Origin: an uncultured delta proteobacterium
Lineage (GTDB): Bacteria > Desulfobacterota > Binatia > Binatales > Binataceae
DNA: 64,000 bases
Assembly: GCA_963765675.1 (NCBI GenBank)
Contig: CAVXXK010000003.1
Span: 224,001-288,000, forward strand
Reading direction: 5' to 3'
The number at the start of each line of letters is the position of its first letter. Position 1 is the first letter of the stretch. The notes beneath the pieces were generated by a model, which saw nothing but the letters and a program-made list of their open reading frames with translations, was not told the DNA's origin and ran no database searches. The position numbers and the translations under genes are program-made. Shown here in pieces: positions 54,676 through 62,835 of the stretch.

Positions 54676-54948
54676 ATGAAAACGCGACTATTTGTAGGAA
54701 ATTTTCCGTATCCGACGACCGAACGCGAATTGGAGGATCACTTCGCTGCGTACGGCGTCACCGATTTATTGATTTGCCGTGACCCCGGCGGCTTCAGCAA
54801 AGGCTTTGCGTTTTTGTTCGTCGAAGAGCTCGAGGGCGCACTCGCTGAGAATGAGAGGGGCTTCAACGGCCGCCGGCTTCGCGTGTCGATCGCTCGCGAT
54901 ACCTCGCGCGATTTGCGCCGTCGGGCTGCAGCGGGCGTGGTGTCGTAA
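54676..54948 (+). CDS. RRM RNA-binding protein (RRM-2)
   Basis: RNP2 LFVGNF, RNP1 KGFAFLFV, FNGRRLRVSIAR; strong AAGGAAGG RBS. Confidence 0.88.
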   Translation: MKTRLFVGNFPYPTTERELEDHFAAYGVTDLLICRDPGGFSKGFAFLFVEELEGALAENERGFNGRRLRVSIARDTSRDLRRRAAAGVVS

Positions 54949-55202
54949 TGCCAAGGCTTTTCGTCGGCGGTTTTCCTTACGCAACGGATGACGCGGAGCT
55001 ACTCGCGATCTTCAAGCGGTTCGGCGCAAGCGACGCCGAAGTCATTTACTATCGCGAGAACAGTAAACCCGCGGGCTATGGTTTCGTTTCGATAGGGAAT
55101 CCTGCGCAGGCCGCAGCCGCCATCAAGGCGCTGGACGGTACTGACTATTGCGGTCGGCGCCTGGGCGTCGAACTCGCGCGGCAGAAGCGACGAGCGGCGT
55201 GA
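54948..55202 (+). CDS. RRM RNA-binding protein (RRM-3)
   Basis: RNP2 LFVGGF, RNP1 AGYGFVSI, AIKALDG...GRRLGVELAR; TAATG overlap. Confidence 0.9.
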   Translation: MPRLFVGGFPYATDDAELLAIFKRFGASDAEVIYYRENSKPAGYGFVSIGNPAQAAAAIKALDGTDYCGRRLGVELARQKRRAA

Positions 55203-55206
55203 GCAA

Positions 55207-55449
55207 ATGGCAAAGCTTTACGTCGCCAACATCAACTACGAGCTCGACGAATCCAAACTGTTCGCCGTCTTCGCTTCATACGGCATTTCCTGGGCAAAGA
55301 TCGCGCGCGATGCTGTCGGGAGATCCCGCGGTTATGCGTTCATCGAGATTGAGGATGGGCTCACCATGCTCGCGATCGAACAGATGGATCAATCGCCGCT
55401 ATGCGGCCGGCGGCTCAAGGTTGCGGTGCCGAATGCGCGCGGAGCGTAG
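55207..55449 (+). CDS. RRM RNA-binding protein (RRM-4)
   Basis: RNP2 LYVANI, RNP1 RGYAFIEI, AIEQMD...GRRLKV. Confidence 0.9.
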   Translation: MAKLYVANINYELDESKLFAVFASYGISWAKIARDAVGRSRGYAFIEIEDGLTMLAIEQMDQSPLCGRRLKVAVPNARGA

Positions 55450-55452
55450 CCT

Positions 55453-55791
55453 CTAAGCTGCGACGCGGCGCCTGGTGCTGTGCTTCGACTCCGCGAACCG
55501 CTTGAGTATGGAGAACTCGTGATCGAGAGTGCCCACCCAGTCGCCGTCATCGCCGACGATCATTGGATCAAAGATATTGGCGAGAGCAAACACCGCGCGA
55601 AGGCGCCCGCGGTTCGGCAGGTCTCCGATAAAGTGAAATTGCTTTATTCGCCCGGCTTCCCACGCATTAAGAGCCGCGTTGGCGTCTTCCACCATCGTGC
55701 GCCGGTCAAAACCCATTTTCTCGCCTAACGTGACTGCCTCGACGCGAAGATCCTTGAGCGCGCTCGCCACCGTTTGTCCGAAACTCTTCAT
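55453..55791 (-). CDS. Hypothetical protein (element cargo)
   Basis: 112 aa with GAGGG RBS, convergent on the RRM array. Confidence 0.55.
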   Translation of the reverse strand: MKSFGQTVASALKDLRVEAVTLGEKMGFDRRTMVEDANAALNAWEAGRIKQFHFIGDLPNRGRLRAVFALANIFDPMIVGDDGDWVGTLDHEFSILKRFAESKHSTRRRVAA

Positions 55792-55919
55792 GTTTTGTCC
55801 CTCTGTTCTCATCCTGTATCACTGTAGCTAATTACCGTCAATATGCAGAGAATAGCTACTTTCTGGTACAGTATCTAGTACACTTTCTAGAATGTGATGG
55901 CGGCGTCACGCGACGATCT

Positions 55920-56321
55920 TTAACGACGTTGGCTATCATCGCGGCCGGCCGCGATAAAGACGGTCTCTTTCTCGGTGAGGCCGCTTAAGTCCAACCCTAC
56001 GGCGGTCGTCGGATCACCTTGACGGATCCCAAGGAACATTAGGCGTAACTCGCGAATTTTTTCCCAGCATTCCTCTAAGATGGTGTGAACGTCTGACTCC
56101 AACTTGTCGAGGCCGAAGCTTTCAAAGACGTGCCCTGTGCCCGCCTGGCGAATTTGCCCGTCCCGCGCTGGATGTACGCTGAGCCAGTCGGCGACGATCC
56201 ACTGATACCGCGGACCCGTTCCTCGCTGCGCGAAGTCAAGTAAGCGGTCCCGAGCGCGGATGAATTCATCCTTGCATTTCAGCCACTGCTCGCCTGTCGT
56301 TGGTCTTATGTCTCTGCCCAT
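55920..56321 (-). CDS. Hypothetical protein (element cargo)
   Basis: 133 aa with GGGGGTG RBS, just downstream of the right TGATCA array. Confidence 0.5.
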   Translation of the reverse strand: MGRDIRPTTGEQWLKCKDEFIRARDRLLDFAQRGTGPRYQWIVADWLSVHPARDGQIRQAGTGHVFESFGLDKLESDVHTILEECWEKIRELRLMFLGIRQGDPTTAVGLDLSGLTEKETVFIAAGRDDSQRR

Positions 56322-56332
56322 TTTCACCCCCC

Positions 56333-56453
56333 TGATCATATTTTATGATCAATTGATCATATAATTTTTACAACATGATCAGGCAAGCTACCTAAATTCT
56401 CTTTTGTTCTCTTGCGCTTTTTGAGCAAATGATCACATTGATCATAATGATCA
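56333..56453. repeat. Right-end TGATCA array
   Basis: TGATCA at 56333, 56346, 56354, 56376, 56430, 56439, 56448; 56430-56445 equals 44277-44292. Confidence 0.8.
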
Positions 56454-56489
56454 TGAAATGCGCACATACACCACCCTCTTGCGCGTTTC

Positions 56490-56574
56490 TGACGGCCAGC
56501 TTGACGACCAATGGAAGCAAAACGCACCTTTTATAACGCTGTTTATTTGCAGACGACCGAACTGACGGCCAGCC
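56490..56574 (+). repeat. Two tandem pairs of 12-bp arm-type repeats (right)
   Basis: TGACGGCCAGCT+TGACGACCAATG (56490-56513) and AGACGACCGAAC+TGACGGCCAGCC (56551-56574). Confidence 0.65.
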
Positions 56575-56675
56575 CACGCGGACGCCAGCGGACGGAAACG
56601 CGCGAATTTATTGAGCAAATTGAGCGAGCTATGGACGCGCGCGAACCACGGCGGAACCCAGCGGATGGCGTATCG

Positions 56676-56725
56676 TCGGCCTTACAAGCCGAGGGTCGCA
56701 GGTTCGAAACCTGCACCGCCCACCA
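56676..56725 (+). repeat. attR: 50-bp duplication of the tRNA-Val 3' part
   Basis: TCGGCCTTACAAGCCGAGGGTCGCAGGTTCGAAACCTGCACCGCCCACCA, identical to 43905-43954. Confidence 0.95.
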
Positions 56726-56749
56726 ATCGAACTAAGCCACCAAGCACCA

Positions 56750-57214
56750 CTATGGAGTAGTCGTCGTGGTCGTGGAGGTCTGAGACGGATTGTCTCCATT
56801 CCCGTTCCACGAAGTGGTGGTCTGCTTCTGTACCGAACCGTCGGCAGAGGTTGTCGTTCTCTTCTGCACCGTGGTTCCGTTTCCCCAATTCGAAGACGTA
56901 GTTGTTTCGACCGGTGCCGGCGCCATCATAACCGGGGCTACCTGCACGACGGGCGACGGAGCCATCATGACGGGCGCACCGGTTACCACCGTCGAGTAAC
57001 CGGGCGTGGTGCTCATCACGGTACCGTTGGGATATTGAGTCGTGGTCGTGGTGCTGCTGGTGGTTATGGGCGGCGGCGCGACGTACACGGGGGACGCAGT
57101 TGTGGAATATTCAGTGGTCGTCGTTGTGGGCGGCACCTCTTCGGCGCAAGCGCCGATAAAACCGACCGATATCGCGACTGCAGCCGCTAAGGCGACGTTT
57201 TTCAGAAGTTTCAT
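56750..57214 (-). CDS. Thr/Pro-rich predicted lipoprotein
   Basis: MKLLKNVALAAAVAISVGFIGAC lipobox, poly-Thr tracts, repeated APVMMAP and QKxTTTS. Confidence 0.75.
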   Translation of the reverse strand: MKLLKNVALAAAVAISVGFIGACAEEVPPTTTTTEYSTTASPVYVAPPPITTSSTTTTTQYPNGTVMSTTPGYSTVVTGAPVMMAPSPVVQVAPVMMAPAPVETTTSSNWGNGTTVQKRTTTSADGSVQKQTTTSWNGNGDNPSQTSTTTTTTP

Positions 57215-57573
57215 TGCTGGATTTCCTCCATTGGGGACTTCGCTCCGGCAGCAGGGAGCCAGAGCGCGGATGGTACACAAAAGCCTGCTGCGCGAGCCTT
57301 CGATCCGCGTGTTTTGAGGTTGGTCTAGCGGGAGGTGGTCAAGGCGAGCGCAACGCCCACCGTAGAGCCAAATCAGATTCGGACTCGATTCCTATATCGA
57401 TCCCTACTTACTCACTTTACATCGGATGTGATGCAAAAGCATCGCAAAGATTTTTTCATTTGGTTATGTAGGGGACGAAATCTCGGTTCGAAAGGCCGGC
57501 CCATAGCCTCGTCTGTAGGCATCTGCGGTTGGCTCCTCGCCGCTTACTCACCTTCCAGCGGGCTGACGGCGCC

Positions 57574-57615
57574 ACAAGCCGCGGGTCGCAGGTTCGAAAC
57601 CTTCACCGCCCGCCA
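57574..57615 (+). repeat. Degraded second copy of the tRNA-Val 3' end (old att scar)
   Basis: ACAAGCCGCGGGTCGCAGGTTCGAAACCTTCACCGCCCGCCA, three mismatches to the tRNA. Confidence 0.8.
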
Positions 57616-57696
57616 ATAGAATCAGGCATTTGACGGTACCTTCAGGCCTCCGAAATTACCCTGGTCCCGGCTCCGGTGGACTTCTTCAACGACCGC

Positions 57697-57740
57697 TTGA
57701 GGCTGCTCCTGGTATGGCCGTATAATCGGCTGGTATGGCC
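57697..57740 (+). promoter_or_regulatory. Sigma70-like promoter with operator-like direct repeat
   Basis: TTGAGG-18 bp-TATAAT; CTGGTATGGCC repeated at 57709 and 57730, the second overlapping the ATG. Confidence 0.55.
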
Positions 57741-58019
57741 CGAATATCAATCAAATCAACTTACGCTCTCGATGTTGAAACGGTCCGCAAACTTGACCGG
57801 ATGGCCGTCCGTTGGAAGGTCTCGAAATCGGAAGTCTTGCGCCGCGCGATTGATGTGGTAGCCCGCGATCAACCCGACGAAACACCGTCCCGATTGCAAG
57901 CGCTGGACGAATTGCAGAAGAGTGTGAAACTCACCACACAACGGACTGACAATTGGTCGCGCGAGGTTCGCGCCGAGCGCGAAAAGACCTCGGCTCGGCA
58001 CGAATGGCGCAAGCGATAA
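57735..58019 (+). CDS. CopG/ribbon-helix-helix antitoxin
   Basis: STYALDVETVRKLDRMA...VSKSEVLRRAI; overlaps the PIN gene. Confidence 0.82.
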   Translation: MARISIKSTYALDVETVRKLDRMAVRWKVSKSEVLRRAIDVVARDQPDETPSRLQALDELQKSVKLTTQRTDNWSREVRAEREKTSARHEWRKR

Positions 58020-58381
58020 TTCACCTCGATACGAGTTTTCTAATCCGGGCGTTGAGTCCGAATTCCAGCGAAGATAAGCAGTTGCGCCGCTGGATGGCGG
58101 AGGGGACCGCGCTCGGCATGAGTGCCATCGGATGGACCGAGTTTCTGTGCGGTCCTCTGAACCAGCGCCAACTTGCGCTGGCCGCGGCGATTGTCGGCGA
58201 TCCGGAGCCTTTCGTTGCGGAGGATTCGAGTAAGACTGCGGAGCTCTTCAACCTGTCGGGACGCCGCCGAGGCTCGCTTATCGATTGCATGATCGCCGCG
58301 ATCGCGATCAGGACGGGAGCGAGTCTCGCCACCGCGAATCGGAGCGATTTCCGGCGTTTCTCCGGCCTGCGCCTCGAGTAG
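58004..58381 (+). CDS. vapC: VapC-type PIN-domain toxin
   Basis: IHLDTSFLI, WTEF, DCMIAAIA, LATANRSDF. Confidence 0.88.
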   Translation: MAQAIIHLDTSFLIRALSPNSSEDKQLRRWMAEGTALGMSAIGWTEFLCGPLNQRQLALAAAIVGDPEPFVAEDSSKTAELFNLSGRRRGSLIDCMIAAIAIRTGASLATANRSDFRRFSGLRLE

Positions 58382-58539
58382 CGCTTGTACGGCGGCAGAG
58401 GCGACCCGCGTTGCCTATCGCGCGACGAAACAGTTCCCGATTTCTCCTGAACGTTACTTGAGGCACCTGTTTTCCGACGAGCCTGACGACGACGAGGACT
58501 CCCCATAGCACTGGATCGTTACCGAGAGTCGCGGCGACA

Positions 58540-59387
58540 ATGGCGAGGCGAGGTTTGCGAGTGAAGCGTTCGTTTACTTGTTCGTTTGCGGTAGTGATTC
58601 TGTGCGTTCTCTTTTTTTGTGCGGGCGCCTGGGCTGCGGGCGGCGTTATCCAGGTGCAGGGAGGACCTTGGATGCTTGCGGGACGCGCATTTGCGAGCGC
58701 GACGATCTCGGCGCATCCGCATCTGATCGTTGTGCTGCATGGCGATGCGCCCTGGCGCGAACCCCTCCTATCAATATGTGCTGGCGGAACGCGCGGCCGC
58801 GGCGATTGACGATGTCGTCGTCGTGGGATTGCTGCGGCCTGGATACAAGGACGGCAAAGGCGGCGAGAGCAAGGGGCGTCGCGGATGGGCGCTCGCTGAC
58901 AACTACACGCCGCAGGACATCGGCAGCGTCGCGAAGCGCGGCGAAGGCGTTAGTCGATCGCTATCACGCCGCAGATCTCACTCTGGTTGGCCATTCCGGC
59001 GGTTCGGCTATCGCCGCGGATATTCTCGCGCTCTATCCGCATCTGGCGCGCGGCGCTCTGCTCGTTTCATGCCCGTGCGATGTGCCCGCATTCCGCTGGA
59101 GCATGATGAAGCTGCAATGGAATCCGCTGTGGCTGATTCCGGTCAACGCCGTTTCGCCGCAGGCTCACGTTGCGCAAATCCCAAAGGACACGATCGTGCG
59201 CATGGTCGTCGGCAGCGCCGATCCCGTAGCACCTCCGCCGCTAACCTTCGCCTTCGCGGACGCGCTCAAGATGAATGGCGGCGATGTGCAAGTTGTAGTG
59301 CTCAAGAATCTCGGCCACGAGATATTTCTCGAACCTGCGGTGCTGGAACAAATACGCAGCCTGATGAATGCGGCGCCCACGCACTAA
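58540..59387 (+). CDS. Exported alpha/beta hydrolase (two frameshifts)
   Basis: Signal peptide, VVLHGD, LLRPGY, GHSGG, GSADPV, LGHE over three frames. Confidence 0.75.
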
Positions 59388-59433
59388 CGCCATTTGATCT
59401 AACTGAGTACTCGCCGGCGGGCGGGCTCCCAGA

Positions 59434-60417
59434 CTATTGCGTCGCTCTGTTCTCGACGGTGATCACGAGTCCTGGCATCACTCGCAGAATTCCGAATAGC
59501 GAGGGTAATCCTCGATTGACGAGATGAACGCCGTGCGCGGTCGCCAACCGATTTTCCTGGGAAGTTCCCTCGATCAGCGGCATCGGGACGAAGAACGACG
59601 CTGGAAGCGTTTCACGCTTCTCCTTCGGACGGGCTTGCGCCTGATCGGGCAAGCTGCCCAATTGAACGCGCTTCATTTCGTTGTCGAGTTCATGTCCCGT
59701 AATCTCCACTTCGGTTTTTTTGGCGTCCGCTTTTCCCCTCTCCGCATCTGTTCTTCCCCGCTCGCGATCGACTTTTGCTCTCTTGGCATCGATTCTGCCC
59801 TTTTCGGAACTTCGCTTGCGCCAATTCAGCGTCCGATCGATCGCGCCCGCGAGCGCCTCCGTTCCTGCTATGACAGGAGCAGAAATCACACCGGTCGCGC
59901 AGGTAGCGAGTAAACACAACCCGCTGACGATCAAGCCGGAACCCGTTGCGAAGAAATCCGCCGAGCCTGCGGCAACTCGTACCGTCGGCATGACCGCGTC
60001 TGCGCCGAAGGAGCGATTCGCCGCCAGAAGCGATGTAACGAGTTCGGTCAGCGCCAGTGAGGTCGCCGCGATCTCAGAAAGCGGCATCTTACCATCGGGA
60101 GCATGGCGCATCGCGGGGTGATTAAATCGGACGAGAAATTCTTCCGGCTCAAGCAGACTATGATCGAAAGGCAACAATCCGCTTTGAACGAGCTGGACCA
60201 TCTCCCGATCTGTGGGATCGATTCTTCTTAAGAGGTACGGGAGTATCCTGCCGCCGTGTTGAGTTGCCCAGGAATCGGCGTCCTCCACCGGTCCTTCCTC
60301 TTCCTCTCCACGCAAGAGCGCTGGCCGGTCGTCGCGTAACCCCGCTTCGCGTATGATCTCAAGCCGATCGGGTTCGGGGAGCTCAAGAATGAGCTCTCGC
60401 AATACTTCGCTGGACAT
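59434..60417 (-). CDS. Hypothetical protein with hydrophobic hairpin and charged heptad repeats
   Basis: Long ORF; repeats DAKRAKV-DRERGRT-DAERGKA-DAKKTEV. Confidence 0.5.
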   Translation of the reverse strand: MSSEVLRELILELPEPDRLEIIREAGLRDDRPALLRGEEEEGPVEDADSWATQHGGRILPYLLRRIDPTDREMVQLVQSGLLPFDHSLLEPEEFLVRFNHPAMRHAPDGKMPLSEIAATSLALTELVTSLLAANRSFGADAVMPTVRVAAGSADFFATGSGLIVSGLCLLATCATGVISAPVIAGTEALAGAIDRTLNWRKRSSEKGRIDAKRAKVDRERGRTDAERGKADAKKTEVEITGHELDNEMKRVQLGSLPDQAQARPKEKRETLPASFFVPMPLIEGTSQENRLATAHGVHLVNRGLPSLFGILRVMPGLVITVENRATQ

Positions 60418-60583
60418 GAGGAGGGAACCTCCGAGGCATGTTGCCCTGACGGCTTCGCGTCGAGGGTACCTTTGTTCATCTTCTATCCGGAAAAACAAAA
60501 AAGCCAAGCACATAAAGTGTGCCGGCTTGTCGAGACGGACAGTCGAGCCCCCGCGACGCAGGTGGCGGGCTCACACCTGTGGA

Positions 60584-61321
60584 TTACGAGAGGTCGCCAG
60601 AGAGACCTTCACGGCGCGACTCGACCAGAAAATCTCTCAACCTTTCGGGATCTACCACCAGCTGCCGGTCTTGCTGAAAGATCAGGTGCTTCTCCTTAAA
60701 ATCGCGCAAACGCTCTGTTACTCGAGGCCGAGTGGCGCCAACCAGCTCAGCCAGGTCGTCATGGCGCACTGAGACCGACAATCGTACTCCACCACCGGTG
60801 TTGGCGACGCCGAAGTCCTCGATAAGATCGAGCAAAACCAGCGCCAAGCGTTCCTCGAGCGTGCATCCTACCAAGTTAGAGCAGCGAAGATGCACCCGGT
60901 CCCAACGCCCCAAAAACCCGTCGGCCATCTGCTTAAAGGCTGCCGCTCCGATCCCCAGACAGATCTTCATGAAGCCATGCAATCCAATCGTTCCGATCTG
61001 GCAGCTCGTAACCGCTTCGCAGCGAAAGTTATAGCTAATCCCGGTTACTGCCGATGGAAACGCAGGAATCAGCCCAGGCGCCAACATGATCGCCGTCGTT
61101 CGCCGGCCTCTGCGATTGTCACAGGTAATGCGAGCAACCCCGGAGAGCAAGATATAAGCCGATTCGACCGGAGATTTGTCGGAGAAAATAGTGCTCCGCT
61201 TTTCGTGGCGGCTAGTCGTCAGTGCGCCGGCCAGCTTCTCCAACTGATCGGTCTTAAGCCAGGAAACACCCGCAAGCGCCTTGAGGCTTCGCACTTTCTG
61301 CGCACGCGTGGATCCCACCAT
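60584..61321 (-). CDS. Crp/Fnr-family transcriptional regulator
   Basis: YILLSGVARI, LEERLALVLLDL, HDDLAELVGATRPRVT helix-turn-helix; start uncertain. Confidence 0.88.
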   Translation of the reverse strand: MVGSTRAQKVRSLKALAGVSWLKTDQLEKLAGALTTSRHEKRSTIFSDKSPVESAYILLSGVARITCDNRRGRRTTAIMLAPGLIPAFPSAVTGISYNFRCEAVTSCQIGTIGLHGFMKICLGIGAAAFKQMADGFLGRWDRVHLRCSNLVGCTLEERLALVLLDLIEDFGVANTGGGVRLSVSVRHDDLAELVGATRPRVTERLRDFKEKHLIFQQDRQLVVDPERLRDFLVESRREGLSGDLS

Positions 61322-61562
61322 TACCCTGACAGTTACAACTCCATGCACGATGCGCCAGAGCATCGCGTTCCTTGGAGAACTAGGGATACACAATTTTAAG
61401 TGCCGATTTTCGAGCCCGCATGGAGAGCTCCGTTCGTCGAGCGCATTGGCCCGCGGAAACTAGCAGGAGCCAGAGTCCGTTCTAACCGGCAGCGGCGGTG
61501 TTCGGGGCCTGATGCTGAAGAGTCGGGCGGTGACGCTGTTAGCGTCGCGCTGGTACCTCCGA

Positions 61563-62690
61563 CTAACCCTTCGCGCCGTCGAATAGGTCGGTGAATCCGG
61601 CCGGCGCGTATGGTCCTATCACGACTTGCTCGAGTACTCCGATGCCGGACCGCTGGCCGTCGCTCGCACGAACCACCTGCTGGACGTGGATGTTTTCGGG
61701 CGCGAGCAGATTCAGTTGCCGCGGATCGAAAGACTCGTGGCCTAGCTCCAGTTCTCCCTTCCACCTGCCCTGGCCCCATTGAGGGTGATTGTAGCCGAGT
61801 CCTTTCATCTGGAATCTGAGAATCGGCTCCAGAGCGATAGTCCGAATGCCGCCGTCGAGATCGACCAGATCGATCTCGGCCGACTTGGCGAGCCGTGTGC
61901 CCGGTACGTACTTCACGCGATGACGCGCAGTCGCCATCCGCTGGTCTCGTCCATCCTCGACGCCGGGAACCTCCGCCTCGCTCGCATAGAGGGGAGCGAC
62001 GATTCCTTCGCGAATCAGAGCCTCGCCACGAGGACCGTCGAAGAAAATCGCGTGGGTTATGTGATCATCCCAGAAGAGCGGCGCCCAGAGAAAAAACGCG
62101 CCGCCGGGCCGACCAGGAGCACCGCCGGTTTCCGGCTCTCCAACGTTTCGCACGCCCCACGATCGGTCTTTGGTGCCACGGCAAATCTGATCGCTTACAA
62201 CGATCTCTCCGTCCGGGTGCCGGATACTACCGCTCCAGCGGCCGAATTGATCAAACCGCGTCGCATCCATTATTCGGCGCTCGCCGGACCAAAGTATCTG
62301 GCGCCCTTCTTTGATCGACGCCGTGCGCGCGGAATATGTCAGATCGCACGTTATACCGCTGGGATTCTTGTCCAGCACCACGCGAGTCCTGCGCATCGGC
62401 TCGATAACTTCGATGCGGAACGGCCCGGCCTGCATCTCGGTGCGCTCAGCCGGCGCGCGACGCGACGCGAAAAAGCAATGCTGGCGCGAATTAGGTTTCA
62501 CGACGCTGAATGCGCAATCGAGAATCCCGCGATGAGGATAGACCGCCATCCCAACGCCGAAATAATACGAGCCGTCCTGCGCGTAGCCGTTGAACCAGGT
62601 CCGGTCATAAACGTTGCGGTCGCTGGTCGCGGGATACGCCAGCGGCTCTGGAGTCTGATGGACAGGAAAATCGTCGAGCTTGTTGAGCAT
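61563..62690 (-). CDS. Conserved hypothetical beta-rich protein (DRSWGVR motif)
   Basis: DDFPVHQ, YDRTWFN, KDRSWGVR; divergent from the phosphotransferase. Confidence 0.65.
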   Translation of the reverse strand: MLNKLDDFPVHQTPEPLAYPATSDRNVYDRTWFNGYAQDGSYYFGVGMAVYPHRGILDCAFSVVKPNSRQHCFFASRRAPAERTEMQAGPFRIEVIEPMRRTRVVLDKNPSGITCDLTYSARTASIKEGRQILWSGERRIMDATRFDQFGRWSGSIRHPDGEIVVSDQICRGTKDRSWGVRNVGEPETGGAPGRPGGAFFLWAPLFWDDHITHAIFFDGPRGEALIREGIVAPLYASEAEVPGVEDGRDQRMATARHRVKYVPGTRLAKSAEIDLVDLDGGIRTIALEPILRFQMKGLGYNHPQWGQGRWKGELELGHESFDPRQLNLLAPENIHVQQVVRASDGQRSGIGVLEQVVIGPYAPAGFTDLFDGAKG

Positions 62691-62835
62691 GGTGATTCCT
62701 CGGTGCGGTCGGGTTAGATCCGTCAAAAGGCAACTTGAATCCTCCGCCGCCCCGGCCATTAGTGCAAATTACTTCCGGCGAGCGCAATTGCCGGGCGCGT
62801 TGAAAAAAAATTCAAACCGTGTTTAGAACTCCAGC

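Larger units (their letters stand above)
43905..56725. mobile_element. ~12.8-kb tRNA-Val-integrated phage-satellite-like element
   Basis: Identical 50-bp direct repeats at 43905-43954 and 56676-56725; integrase next to attL; xis, helicase, terS and terL inside. Confidence 0.9.

Noticed and set aside
44193-56574. Short repeats at the island ends as a CRISPR array
   Set aside because: Units are 6-16 bp with irregular spacing, no unique ~30-bp spacers and no cas genes.
43955-56675. Complete prophage or ICE
   Set aside because: No recognisable portal, capsid, tail, lysis, relaxase or T4SS genes, and only 12.8 kb.
56676-56725. Second tRNA-Val gene
   Set aside because: Lacks the 5' acceptor strand and D-arm; it is the attR duplication.
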